From the NCBI GenBank assembly GCA_013265495.1, contig MU062133.1, forward strand, positions 9,526,182-9,590,181: a stretch of 64,000 nt of DNA, given 5' to 3'. The DNA is from Vicugna vicugna. Taxonomy: Eukaryota. Positions 24,391-36,000 of this stretch are shown in pieces (positions within the stretch are counted from its first letter, which is position 1; every line of letters begins with the position of its first letter). The translations under genes and the position numbers were made by a program. The notes under the pieces were generated by a model that was not told the DNA's origin, made no database searches, and worked only from the letters and a program-made list of their open reading frames with translations.

Positions 24391-24764
24391 CAACCCCAGT
24401 CCATCCTTTTAACATCTACAATGTACTCCTTTTATGTGAAGCAGGTGGGCGAAATGCTGGCCAAGTCCAGTCCATAAACTGTGACTGGGGCCACAGTACT
24501 GTATTTGGTTCAGGGTAAACTCAACACAATTGAAAGACAGCAACCCTTTCCAATTCAACGAACACATGCTCCCGTGTCTCAGCATTTTGTTCATACTCCC
24601 GGGAAAACAAATGGAGGCTCAGCCCTCAGTGCAGGAGGCACTTGGCATCTCAGAGCATGGGAGGAAACAGAGAAGCGTTTTTGTACAAAGCCACATGTCC
24701 TAAGCTCAGTTAGAGGAATGTGTGTAACGTCCAGGGGATTTATGCTGGATTAAAAGGACAGGTC

Positions 24765-24926
24765 GGGGGGAGGTTACAGCTCAGTGGTAGAGCACACGCC
24801 TAGCATGCACGAGGTCTAGGGTTCGATCCCCAGTACATCCGTTAAGTAAAAAAGAAACAATAAAAATAAATAAACCTAATTATCCCCCCAAAACAAAACA
24901 CAAACAAACAAACAAACAGACAGACA
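24765..24926 (+). mobile_element. tRNA-Ala-derived SINE, camelid Vic-1-like, with A-rich/(CAAA)(CAGA) tail and TSD gacaggtc
   Basis: A-box agctcagtggtagagc, B-box gggttcgatccc, body aataaataaacctaattatcccccc, gacaggtc on both sides. Confidence 0.85.
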
Positions 24927-26739
24927 GACAGGTCAGGGGAGGGTGACTGGGTAAGGAGCATTTCTGGCAAAGGGAGAAGATCAAAGACCCAGGGGAGTGC
25001 CTGTGGCTGGATGTGTGCAGGAATCACTGTTCTGGCTGGGACATCAAGGCAAGAAGGGAGATGCCAGATGTGAGTGCAGATTATGTTTGGTTTGCATTCC
25101 TGGCTGAGAAGTCTCTGATTCTGGAAGGAACATCTTTTGCATGAAGGGTTGACAGGACACCTAAAGATATATCAAAAAGGAGAAATGGTTATAAGTGAAA
25201 GATGTAGACACATTTCAAAACTCATCAGGAGGAATAAAGGCGAGAAAGCCATGAATATAAATACATTGACTGTGTAGTGAAAGGCAGGTATCTCTGTGCT
25301 ATTGCATCTTTTAAGAAGTCATCACTTGGGTAGATGCATAGAAATTTAATACAAATGAATATACACAGGTGAGTAAAAGTCATGTAATGAGAAAGGAACA
25401 AAATTGAGAGGCCAGTCCAAGATATGTATGGGGAGAAGGCTTCAGGTCAGAATTCAGATCAGTAGAGAAGCTAAAAGTATGCAGTTTTATTCAGCAGAAA
25501 AACTCCAATCTCCAAGTGCAAGTCTCCTACCACAGCTATTAGAAGAACCCCTGAAGGATCACTCATGCGAAAAGTGTTTCATCGCCATTGTTATCAGGCT
25601 CATAAGTTTGCACAGCCAGATAAGTAGACACGCTCCATTGCATCTTGTGAATATCATACTTTTTGTTCAAATAACACATTGAAATCCTAGGACTATGTCA
25701 TTTACCCTACCATATATTTTTTTTACTCAATTTAAAAATACAACAAAAAAGATATGCATAATGGCAAAGCAACCACTCCCAAAGATTGAAATTTAGTTTA
25801 AAAATGGAAATCGGGAGGTACCCAATGTGTAGAGTTGATAGCCACCACGCGATGTGGAATGCATAATAATTTGGAATTACATAGTCACAAAATGATCGTT
25901 TTGTAGAGTGTTCTTTTTTTCTTCACCAAGGTGAGGTAAGATCAATAAATTCACACCCCTTTGTTAGACGATTTGGAGATATATGCAAAGCAGAAAACAT
26001 ATGTTTTTGCCTTCAAGGACTTTATAGCTTTATTGGAAAAATGAGTCTTACACTGTGGACCTGTAAGTAGCAGCCTGTATTGAGAAAGAGAGAGAAGGAT
26101 TTGTAGTCTCCACAGTTTCACAGAATTATTTACTTACAGGGTAAATCTGTACATCTAAAATGCTTTAAAAATAACTTCATTCAATAAAGAATTTTCCCTG
26201 CATACATGTATTTTTTGAGTGTCTGGTATGTCCCAGATACTGGAGAAACAGAGAAGACTAAGAATGTTTTTTTGCCCTTGAACAGTTCATCAAGTAAAAA
26301 CGATGAAACATAAACAATCTGAGTACCACATAAAGCTACATGTAATGGGGGGGGATGAACCATGTGCTCAGTAACACAAAGGAGGGGTGACTACCTCTCT
26401 CTTTTCCCTTGTACAGTTTTATTACTCAAAAAAGTTCCTTCCACGGAGACAGATGCCAGGACACTTCTATCTAACTTTTGCTGCCATGATCCCAAAATCC
26501 AGATTTGAGATGTAGCCCCACTGAATATATTTGGATGAACAATGTATCTAGTACTTGTCCTATTAACTTTAGCCTAATATGTATTAGAGGATAAGAATCA
26601 TGTTCAGTTTCAATTTAATTCCTGCATAATTCCGATGACCATCAGACATGATGATTTATCTAAACATAATAGCACAGAGGAAAGTTAAAGCCTGGAGTCT
26701 TCAGTCTTAGATTCTTCTAGTAGTGAGGGTTGGGAACAG

Positions 26740-26850
26740 GAGGAGGTAAGCAAGGCAGCCTCGGTGCAAAATTTAAGGAAGCACTCACTCTCCCTTGGTT
26801 AATCCTGACAGCGAGCACCTCCTTAAAATGTGTGCCCTAGGCACCCAGCT
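26740..26850. mobile_element. Palindromic hAT-Tip100-type MITE remnant
   Basis: ggtgcaaaatttaaggaagcactc...gagcacctccttaaaatgtgtgcc inverted arms. Confidence 0.55.
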
Positions 26851-27067
26851 GGCTTCACCCTAGTCTCAGCCCAAGTGACCCATTTAAAAGGAGACTGAAG
26901 TAGAAGGGAATGTCGTTAGAAGAAGCCCACAGCAGCCAGAGAAATGGACCCAGACCATCTGTAGCAGGAAGGCCTTTCTCTGCGCCACATTACCCCTTTC
27001 GGAATAGCCCAGCAAGCCTCAGTGATTTCCTGAAGCAGACACAAGGCTCAGAATACATATTGGGTCT

Positions 27068-28050
27068 CCTTTTTTTTTCCTTCCAGTCTGAGATACAAGT
27101 GACACGTAGCACTGTATAAGGGTGCACAGCATAAGGGTCTGACTTACATACATCATGAAATGATTACCGCAATTAGTTAAGTGAACGTCATCTCAGATAG
27201 ATATAAAATTAAAGATATAGAGAAAAATATTTTCCCCTTGTGATGAGCACTCCCAGGATTTACTCTTCACAGCCTTCATATATAAGGTACATCAGTGCTA
27301 TTTATATTTGTCCTGTACATCACCTCTCTACTTATTATTTACCTTGTAATTGGAGGTTTGTACCTTTTAACTGCCTTCTTCCAACTCCCCTGCCCCCACT
27401 GCCCCCTCCCCCATGTCTGGTCACCCCAAATCTGATCTCTTTTTCTATCAGTTTGTCTGCTTTTGAAGTATAATTGACCTACAACAATATGTTAGTTCCT
27501 AGTGCACAACACAGGGATTTGATACCTCTGTACATTTCAAAACGATCGACATGGTAAGTCTAGTTACAATTTGCCACCATACGAAGACATCACATAATTG
27601 CTGACTATATTCCCCACAATGTACATTCAGACTCATAACTTATTTATTTTGCAACTGGAAGTTTATGCTTCTTAATCTCCCTCACCCACTTCTCCCCTCC
27701 CTCTAGCCCCCTCCCCTCTGGAAACTATCTGTTTTCTGTATCTATGATTCTGTTTCTGTTCATTTGTTTTGTATTTTAGATTCCACAAGTAAGTGACAAC
27801 ATATAGTATTTGTCTTTCTCTGTTTGACTTATTTCATTTAGCATAATACATTCCAGGTCCATGTTGTCGCAAATGGTAAGATTGTTTTATGGCTGAGGAA
27901 AATTTAAAATAATTTAAATTTAAAAAAATTAAAAATAGAACTTCCACTCCTCGGTATTTATTCAAAGAAAAAGAAAACACTAATTCAAAAAGATATATGT
28001 ACCTCTATGTTCTTTGCAGCATTATTTACAATTGCCAAGATTTGGAAGCA
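27068..28050 (-). mobile_element. 5'-truncated L1 with inverted 5' segment (about 27910-28050 in + orientation)
   Basis: T tract then antisense L1 3'UTR up to ...ttttatggctgag. Next is a sense piece aaaaattaaaaatagaact...gccaagatttggaagcaa, which lies upstream in the L1 consensus. Confidence 0.75.
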
Positions 28051-28199
28051 ATCTCTTTCTTCCTTTGGGAGAGCTTGGTCAAAGTCACCTTTGAGCCAGT
28101 CACTGAGTTGGCTATAAGCAATGAAAGACATCTCAAAATGATCTGAGTGACTTTTGAGTAAATCTTCATGCACTCTGTTTTAAAATGTACTTGGCATTT

Positions 28200-28730
28200 G
28201 TTCTAGTCAGATATGAAAACACACAGAGACACTTAGTTGCAGGAAGAAGTTTTTATACTCATATATCCCTAGACACAGGAGGGTCAGCAGCCTTGCAGGG
28301 CCACACACTGAAGCACCAGGGTGGGTCAGGAGGCAGAGGCAGAAAGGGGAAAATACGGGCAGGAGTCTTCCTTGTGGTTTTCTATAGGAAGAAATGGGCG
28401 AAGCAGGGTAAGCTGGTTAGATGGGTTTAGGACAGGCTAGACGGAAAAACCTCAGCAGGCTCCATCCAGCGTGCAGGGCTGCCCTGGTTCTAAGATACCT
28501 AGTCTTGAGGTGACTAGGGTGGGGGACAGTGGCTCCTAGGGTGAGAGGATGATAAAGGAGGCGTGGATTCTAGATTGGTTAGTTTGCCTATGAAAAGCCC
28601 ACTCCTTGGTGGACAAGTTATTTGCTACCTCGAGGGATTAGCTAACTTTGGGAAGGGTAAGTCCCTTCCAGTGTCAGGGAGACCCCAAGATGTCAAAGCA
28701 TCAGAATAAAAAGACATGCTTAATATATGT
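28200..28730 (-). mobile_element. Old ERV solo LTR (ERVL/MER74-like; family uncertain)
   Basis: gaagtttttatactca antisense polyA region; ccccaagatgtcaaagcatcagaata end. Confidence 0.6.
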
Positions 28731-29602
28731 CCATGTTTTAATAGTTACGGTTCACTAAATTTCCAGTATTCCTGAGGCCAGTAGGAGAGCTGAGCTTTTT
28801 TCTCTTTCTCAGAAATGATGTGGAGGCACTAACACAGCAAAGTTTGGGAAAACTTACAATAGCACCGCATGGGCTATAATCAGTGTGCCCTGGCTTCCCA
28901 GAGTCTCCAATCCAGCATTATTCACAGCTTGCTTGAAAAATGAGCAGAGAGAAAGCTCTTACTGTTCTCCAGGTACACATTTTTAACATTTACACTAACT
29001 CAACACCCTAGGGTTTTAATCACCAAAAAGCTTATATAAAAGGTGCAAAAACTATGGGCTTCTGTCCATGTTGTGTTTAGTGAAAGAAATGGAAAAACAA
29101 AGCGTACAATACAAGGAAAAGCTATCAAGACAAAACTCAGGTTTCCCTGGAGCCATTTGGAACAAAGTTGCTGACACGGACACTCAGCTTCCAGATGAAA
29201 TTAAATGTGTCAGAAGTTCCTTCACACACCGCACAGGTGGCCACCTCTTTGTTCCTGCTCTGTGAGGCACAAGGTGAGATTTTTTGTGCTAGGGAAGCTG
29301 CCAGCTGAGGAGGAGGAAGAAAAGAGCAACTTACAATTATTAAACTGCTGTAGGCTCTGACTAACCAAACAGGCCCAGAAAGAACAGAATTGTGTTCGGC
29401 TTGTGTTAACAACGTTGAGAAGTGTGAGAAATGGAAATGAACTTAGGTTCAAGACGTTTGAGAAGTGCAAACATCAAAGGGGCATAATTAGAAGCAAGTG
29501 TTCAGAGCAAAAAAAAAAAAATGATAACAGATTCATGGTTGATAGTCAGGAACTAATCTCAGGCCTGTGATTGCTCCGGAGCTACAGGGTCTGTGTCTCG
29601 TG

Positions 29603-29641
29603 GAACATTGAACGTTTGAACGTTTGAACGTTCGAACGTTC
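29603..29641. repeat. Tandem array of palindromic GAACGTTY 8-mers (4 full units plus 1 degenerate)
   Basis: gaacatt gaacgttt gaacgttt gaacgttc gaacgttc. Confidence 0.95.
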
Positions 29642-29751
29642 CCTTTCTTCCCAGGAACTCTCCCTGTCAGTTTCAGCATTCCCGTTTGTAAAGACTGCCC
29701 AAGAAACTGCCCATCCTAGGGTGTGGTCTGTGTCATACTCAATGTATCAAT

Positions 29752-30130
29752 GCTGTGGGTTAAATGGTACCCTTCAAAAAAAGGCAGGCTCAAGTCCTAA
29801 CCGCCGGGACCTCCAAACGTCACCTGATCTGAAAATAAGGCCACTGCAGATGTTTACTTCAGATGATTTAGTCCCAGTATGACCGGTCCCCTTAAAGAAG
29901 ATGGACACAGGAACACACGGAGAAGCCACGCGGTGGTCATGGCAGAGGGTGGAGCTATGCAGCTAAAGCCAGGGGACACCAAGGACTGCTGGCAAACTAC
30001 CAGAAACTAGGAAGAGGCACAGAATGATTCCCCAAGACTTTTCAGAGGGTGCATGGCCCTGTGGACACCTTGATTTCAGACTTCTAGTCCCTAGAATTGT
30101 GAGAAAATAAATGCTTGTTGTTTTAAGTCG
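29752..30130 (+). mobile_element. MLT1-type MaLR solo LTR
   Basis: tgtgggttaaatggtaccc...ggacaccttgatttcagacttctag...aaaataaatgcttgttgttttaag. Confidence 0.85.
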
Positions 30131-31529
30131 TTCAGGCTCTAATTACCGACCAGAAATTTTTTAATGTGTCCAAAATCCCTCATTTTGAACACTGAATCCA
30201 GGCCTCTTTCTTTCCATCCTGGGGGAGGAAAGCTAATTTCCACCTCTGATTTTGTTACATTTTTGCTGTGGCATCATGATTAAGTCCCTAAACAGCAGAG
30301 GATTTGTCAATAGAGCAATTCTAAGAACTTGTTCTTTGAGAATAGAGATTTGGGCTTTTTAGAGACAATTCAGGACCTCCAGCTCCAACAACATTTACCA
30401 AGACTCAGCTTCTGCAAAATACAAGTGCCAGGGCAGAATCGTGAATGGCCAAGGCGTAAGGTGAGACATCAAGTGACTTTGGGGATGATCCTGAAATCAG
30501 TAAAGCATCCCTGACACCCTATGAGTAAGGTGACCCCCGAGCACTTGGGAAAGGAAGATAATGACAAATTTCATTCAGCCACCCACTAAAAACAGAACAA
30601 AATAAAACAAACAGAAGCACTGAAAACACACCAAGTGAGAGTTTGGGTAACTGCTGTAGAAGGGGACTGGTGAACATTACTCAGTACTCACAAGGTTTGG
30701 GCAAAAAAGATCATCTCCTATTTGCTGCCCGCGGAGTACAGGCTAATTTAGCTTCCTGGGTACCTGATAATGTGAACCCAAAGTCTTTAAGACAAGCATA
30801 CATCACTCATCATCTAAATGCAGGTTCCCTCTCATCTCATGACCCCACTCCATCTCCAGTGCACTTTGCAGTGTGTGCAGGCTGCCCTGCGCTCTAGGAA
30901 TCGGAGGGCTGGGATTTGCGTTCCCGCCACAGGCAGGTGTCTGGCCCATGGGACAGTGCTCTCTCTTGCAGCAACCTCCAAATGCCCTTGAAAGAGATCA
31001 AGACATGTCACACTGCCAAAAAAATGATACGGCCATATCTTCCCAGGAAGTTCCACCGTCTGTCTCTGAGCAGTCACGCAGGGCCACCATCTCGTGTCAT
31101 TTGCCTACGAGAAGTAAGAGAAATCGCAAGCTATTCAGGGGTGTGTCCCAGAGCAAGCCGTAATTAGATCAGTAGGAGCCAGTCATGATTAGGCGCCACT
31201 TGGAGCATGGTTCTTTCCATGGGACTGTATAATAAAGATAATCACAGTGGTCTTTCCAGGGCAATTAGAACACCTGTGGGATTTGAGGTCATTAATGAAA
31301 CAAGTAGCAAGAACAAGTGCATACTCAAGTAAACAGATCCAGGACGGGCACTCAGCCACGTCCAGGCAGTTCTGCCTCCTACTCTGTGATTAGTTCTACT
31401 TTCGCCGTGAACATATGACGACGCCTCTGTGCACTGGGTACGATGGCTCAAATCATTCTGCTGGCCTGGGATGTCTCACTCCTTCCACCTGTACACCTCC
31501 TGTCTACCCTACAAAAACAATTGCCGTGT

Positions 31530-32045
31530 GTGACTCGGCAGCTCTACTCACAGAAATGAAACGCTGTGTCCACAAAAGTCTTGGACAAGAACGCTTATAG
31601 CAGCTTGATTCGTAACAGCCAAAAACTGCCAATCATCCATCTGTCCAGCAACAAACCGTGGTGTAGTCATACAATGGAACACCACCCAGTAGTAAGACGG
31701 AGCAAACAGCTGATACATGCAACAACGCGAGTGAGTCTCAAAAAAAAAAAAAAACATTACAGTGAATGAAAGAAGTCATATATGGTTTCAGTGATACAAA
31801 GTTCCAGAATAGGCAAAACTAATCCAAGATGAAAGAAATCACAGGTTGCCTCCTGTGGAGAAGGGTTGAGGATTGTCTGAGAAAGGAATGTAAATGCCCA
31901 GTCTATTGTACAAGATTATTTAAATGTTCACTCTATTGAGAGGGTTGTGGGTTACACAGGAGTACACATTTGTCAGAACTGAATTCCTTGCACGCTTAGA
32001 ATATCGGCACCTCACTGCAAGAAAATTACACCTCAATAAAAAAAA
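31530..32045 (+). mobile_element. L1ME/MC-type 3'UTR fragment
   Basis: gtccacaaaagtcttggacaagaacgcttatagcagc...aaattacacctcaataaaaaa. Confidence 0.8.
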
Positions 32046-32749
32046 CTCAGTGAAAAAATGAAAAGCCCACTTTAATTCTGTATTCCAGAGCCACATACAG
32101 ATTTTTTTTAATGAAATAGGGATTTCCTCCTAGGTCAGGAAGAGTGAGAAGGCTCCGAGTCTACGTGTAGGAGAACATGATACTCATCTCAAGGTTTCCT
32201 GGCAGCACTGACCCAAGCATATGAAGTTGAATGAAAGACAGGAGGGCCTTTCTCACTGCTGCCCAGCTCTCAAGACTCAGCTGTACCCTCCTGCCCCCTA
32301 AAATTCAGACCACCACTGATGTAGGGCTCAGCTGACCAGGGTACACAGCCAGGACCTGTGATGTCCACAAGGTTCTGTACCCTCAGTGAGGACAGGCACC
32401 ACTTTCTCCCATACACTATCAGCATTGCACCAGGAAATGTCCTTTCATAGCCTGGAGAGGAGTTGGCCTGTAGATCTCATCTCTTGAAGACCCAAGATCC
32501 TATACAGGTTCCTGGGCTTTCTGACAGTGTCCACAGTGTCTAAAGCAACATGAGAAAATTTTTCAGGATGAGGTTGGACAGAGGCAAACACCAGTGAGAC
32601 CAGTCAGAGTGCACTGGTGGCCTCAGGCTGACAGGTTATGGGAATACAGATTCAGGAGAGTTGAGACAGCGGGCTAGACACTCCATGGCTAACTGGTACT
32701 TACAATGCCCTCACTCATCTGGCCCTGTATGCAACTTAACCATTGATTA

Positions 32750-33050
32750 GTGGGAGGAGCAGAGAGGTAGTGCCAACTCCTTTGCCCACGCTGAGAAGAG
32801 CTGTCTTGTCTCAAAGATCTGATGGAGAAACAGTGTTGCAAAGCAGGTAAGAGCCCAGACTAGAGCCCGAATAAACTCAGCTTCACCTTTCCCAGCTGTT
32901 TGAACTTGGACAGTTAATCTCTCCTTCAGTTTTCTCATCTGTAAAAATGTTTATATAGAGTGATGTTGGGAGGATTAACTGGGTTAACTAAATGGGAAGA
33001 GTGCTCAGAAAAATGTCAGCAAGTGGTTGGCAAATAAATATTAGGCATTA
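32750..33050 (+). mobile_element. MIR remnant
   Basis: cttggacagttaatctctccttcagttttctcatctgtaaaaatg. Confidence 0.7.
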
Positions 33051-36000
33051 TTATTAAAGCTTATCTTCTTGTTACTGCACATTGTACACAAATATGTCAA
33101 TTCTTTTGCTACAAGAAACATAGATTTTATCAGACACTCAGAAATCCAAAGAGGCTAAGAACCAAGGAGGAACCACCTCCAGAAACTCATTTCTTAATTT
33201 CCTGATCCCACAGATATTCTGCTAAGACTAATAGTATTCCAAATATCTTGGTCAGATTTCCAGACAACCACAGCCATGGCGTGAAAATCCCCTCCCGTAT
33301 CTAGCACCCCCACTCCCAACAGGACTCAGTGTTACCCGATTATATGCAAATCCATATCTTTCAAAACATTCCAAGATTCACTTCCCTCTGCAGAAAGTAT
33401 ATGCTGAAGAAATTCTCCTTTAATATACGTTTCCTTTTTTTTTTTTTTTGGTTAAAATCTCCAGAGTCTGAATTTTTCCCTAAATAATATATTTTTTCTT
33501 CTTAATTGTTGGGTTTGTTTGCTTACAAGTGTCATTGAGGTTAGCAAGCCAATATACAACAGCTACATTAGAATGAAATCCATCTCACTGATTAAAGTCT
33601 GCATTCTTCTCACCAGGTGAACAAAAACAGTGCAGGATTAAAGCAAAGAGCATTAAAAACATAATTAAAGGAAAGAAAGGAAAAGTTTTTTTTTTAATTC
33701 TATTACCTACAGTTGGGATTATTCTCTTCACAGTGTGCTTAACTCTGTGTTGTCTTTAGAAAACCTGAAATTAATACTTTTGCTCTTATGTTTACATGTT
33801 TATTCAGGGGCAAAGATATAGAAGTGGAGAATTTGCTTGCCCAGAGACTGATTTCATTTAAGAAATTTTATTTTTATGTTTCTCTGCTTCTTTTTTATAA
33901 ACTATGAGGTGATCTGGTCCATGTTTTTTTCACAAATGCTGAAATGACATGTAAGCCACTCAATCCTGGTAGTCATAATCATTTCTGCTCTATAGATTCA
34001 GCTTCATAAGATATAAAAATTCCAGACATTTTATTTTAGTGAGAAAATAAATTGGATGCATGACTTTTGGCCCGCTGTGATGGCTTCCATAGTCTATGTG
34101 GCGTTCTCAGAACGAATAATTTAATTATGGTAAGTACAGAGTTCTTTTGAATTCATTCAAATGGTGTCCATGTATGTTCACTTGCCAACTGCTTCTGTAA
34201 TGTTATTAATAACTATGTACTAATTATGTCAATAAATTAATTGAACCTGTACTCCTGTTTTCATGGCCTCAGTGTCCTTCTGTCACTACTCTTCCTTTGG
34301 ACTTTTAACTCTGGGCTCTAATAAACTGCCAGCTTGCTCCACATGTGTATGTTTCCCAAGGATTGTTTATATTTTTTTTAATGCATGCTCTGTTCAGCAT
34401 TAAATATCTTCTTTAATTCATTTATTGGCTTCTAGATGTTTTGCAAGAAACACTGCAGTAGTTTAGAAATTTATGGTAAGTCTTTGATTGACCATTTCAA
34501 CCACTTAATTAACTATGAATGAAAGATTTAAATAGGCTTATTTTTCTTTTAAAAAAAAAGAAACTATAAACCAGAGTAATACAATTTAAAAATGTGGCTA
34601 TATTATTATTGAATCCACATCAGTAGAATCAGCAAACATCAGGAAACTGGGCAGAGGTTTAGCACCTTTCTCTAACATATATGTAATATTATGCCCTTTT
34701 CCCTCAAATAGCATTCAGATCACTGCACACACAGAATGCAATTACTGAAAAGCAGTAAAGATGTGACTTTTAAAGGAATATGATGCCCCGAGCAATCAGT
34801 CGCTATGTGAGATTGGAATGAAATGCTAAGCCTGCCAGTTAAACTTAGGGAACCGGAGGAGCAATTTCTATGAAAGGCACACTTTTCATCTCACAAGGAT
34901 ATTTTCTTTAGCATCAAGTTGTAAGGTGTTAGTGTCAGAGAACTTTCTGGCTTTCTGACTTCTTGCATGCATTATATATAATGTCTATTATGTATCTGTA
35001 CCAAAGTGGATTACAGAGACAATCATAGCAGCAGTTTGCCTTGTGCTGAAAAGGCAGGCACTTAAGGAGTCAAGCATCCTTTTCTCTTCCTCCAGCCCTC
35101 TCATCCTGGAACAATGCCTTTTGGTAGAAGAGCAAATCCCTTTGTCCCCTTCCCTCCTCTGAAATAGCCGTGCTGACAGCAGAGTCACCCAAAGATGACT
35201 TCTTAAGCTTCAGGTGGAATGCAAGCCTGCCAGCCTCTACTGCTGGGCAGCTTCTGGAGGCAAACAGGGAAAGACAGCAAGAAAGCAGGAGATCATACAG
35301 CCCTGCGTGCAGTTTACTGTCTAACAGGAGCGTTGCTTTCTATGCCCCTTAACACGCCCAGGCAGAAATCCACGCGATACTTTCAAGGGCCAAAGGCTCG
35401 GAATTAAATGCTCATCTCATTGCCTTCTTTTTGCTTTCTGTAGTGAATTTTCATGGTACTGGTTAAAGCATCACTCAGGGCAGAAGACATACGGGGTGGA
35501 AGTTACAGGCCAGTAATCCCGGGAGGACCAGGGAGGGTTTAGCCAGCTTTTAGAGGCAGAGACTGACCTAAAATGGAAAGGGAGAGGATTCTTGTCAAAG
35601 TTCCAGGTTCTTACATGAGCTTCAACACTCATTTCTGGGTCTGTCACCAGAGCAGCCAAATGAAACATTTCCATTTCTAAGATCTTCTATCTGTAAGGTA
35701 AAGCTACCATTTTTCTTGGTTATAATTCATATGTAAGGAAAAGACACTCTCTAAGCACCAACTATTATTTTGAGTGCATGATCATTTTAACCATTAAGAT
35801 ATTTTATTTCTTTGTGAAAGTACTTATGGAAGAATTATTTTTAAAAACAGCTTTCAAAGCTTCTAAGTTCAGCTCCTCCCATCCCATCCTGCAGCCTGTG
35901 AATCCAGAAATGAAAATATGTATGCTAGCTGGGAAACTGAAAAATCTGCTAGATTTTTAAAGACATGGTACTCTAGGTTAATTTTATGCTGGGACAAAAA

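Noticed and set aside
24765-24840. tRNA-Ala-like gene (A and B boxes, anticodon-loop-like tagcatgc)
   Set aside because: It has a SINE body, an A-rich tail and TSDs, and the acceptor stem is not intact. It is a SINE, not a tRNA.
29603-29641. CRISPR-like repeat array
   Set aside because: The units are 8 bp and directly adjacent, with no spacers and no cas genes, and the context is mammalian.
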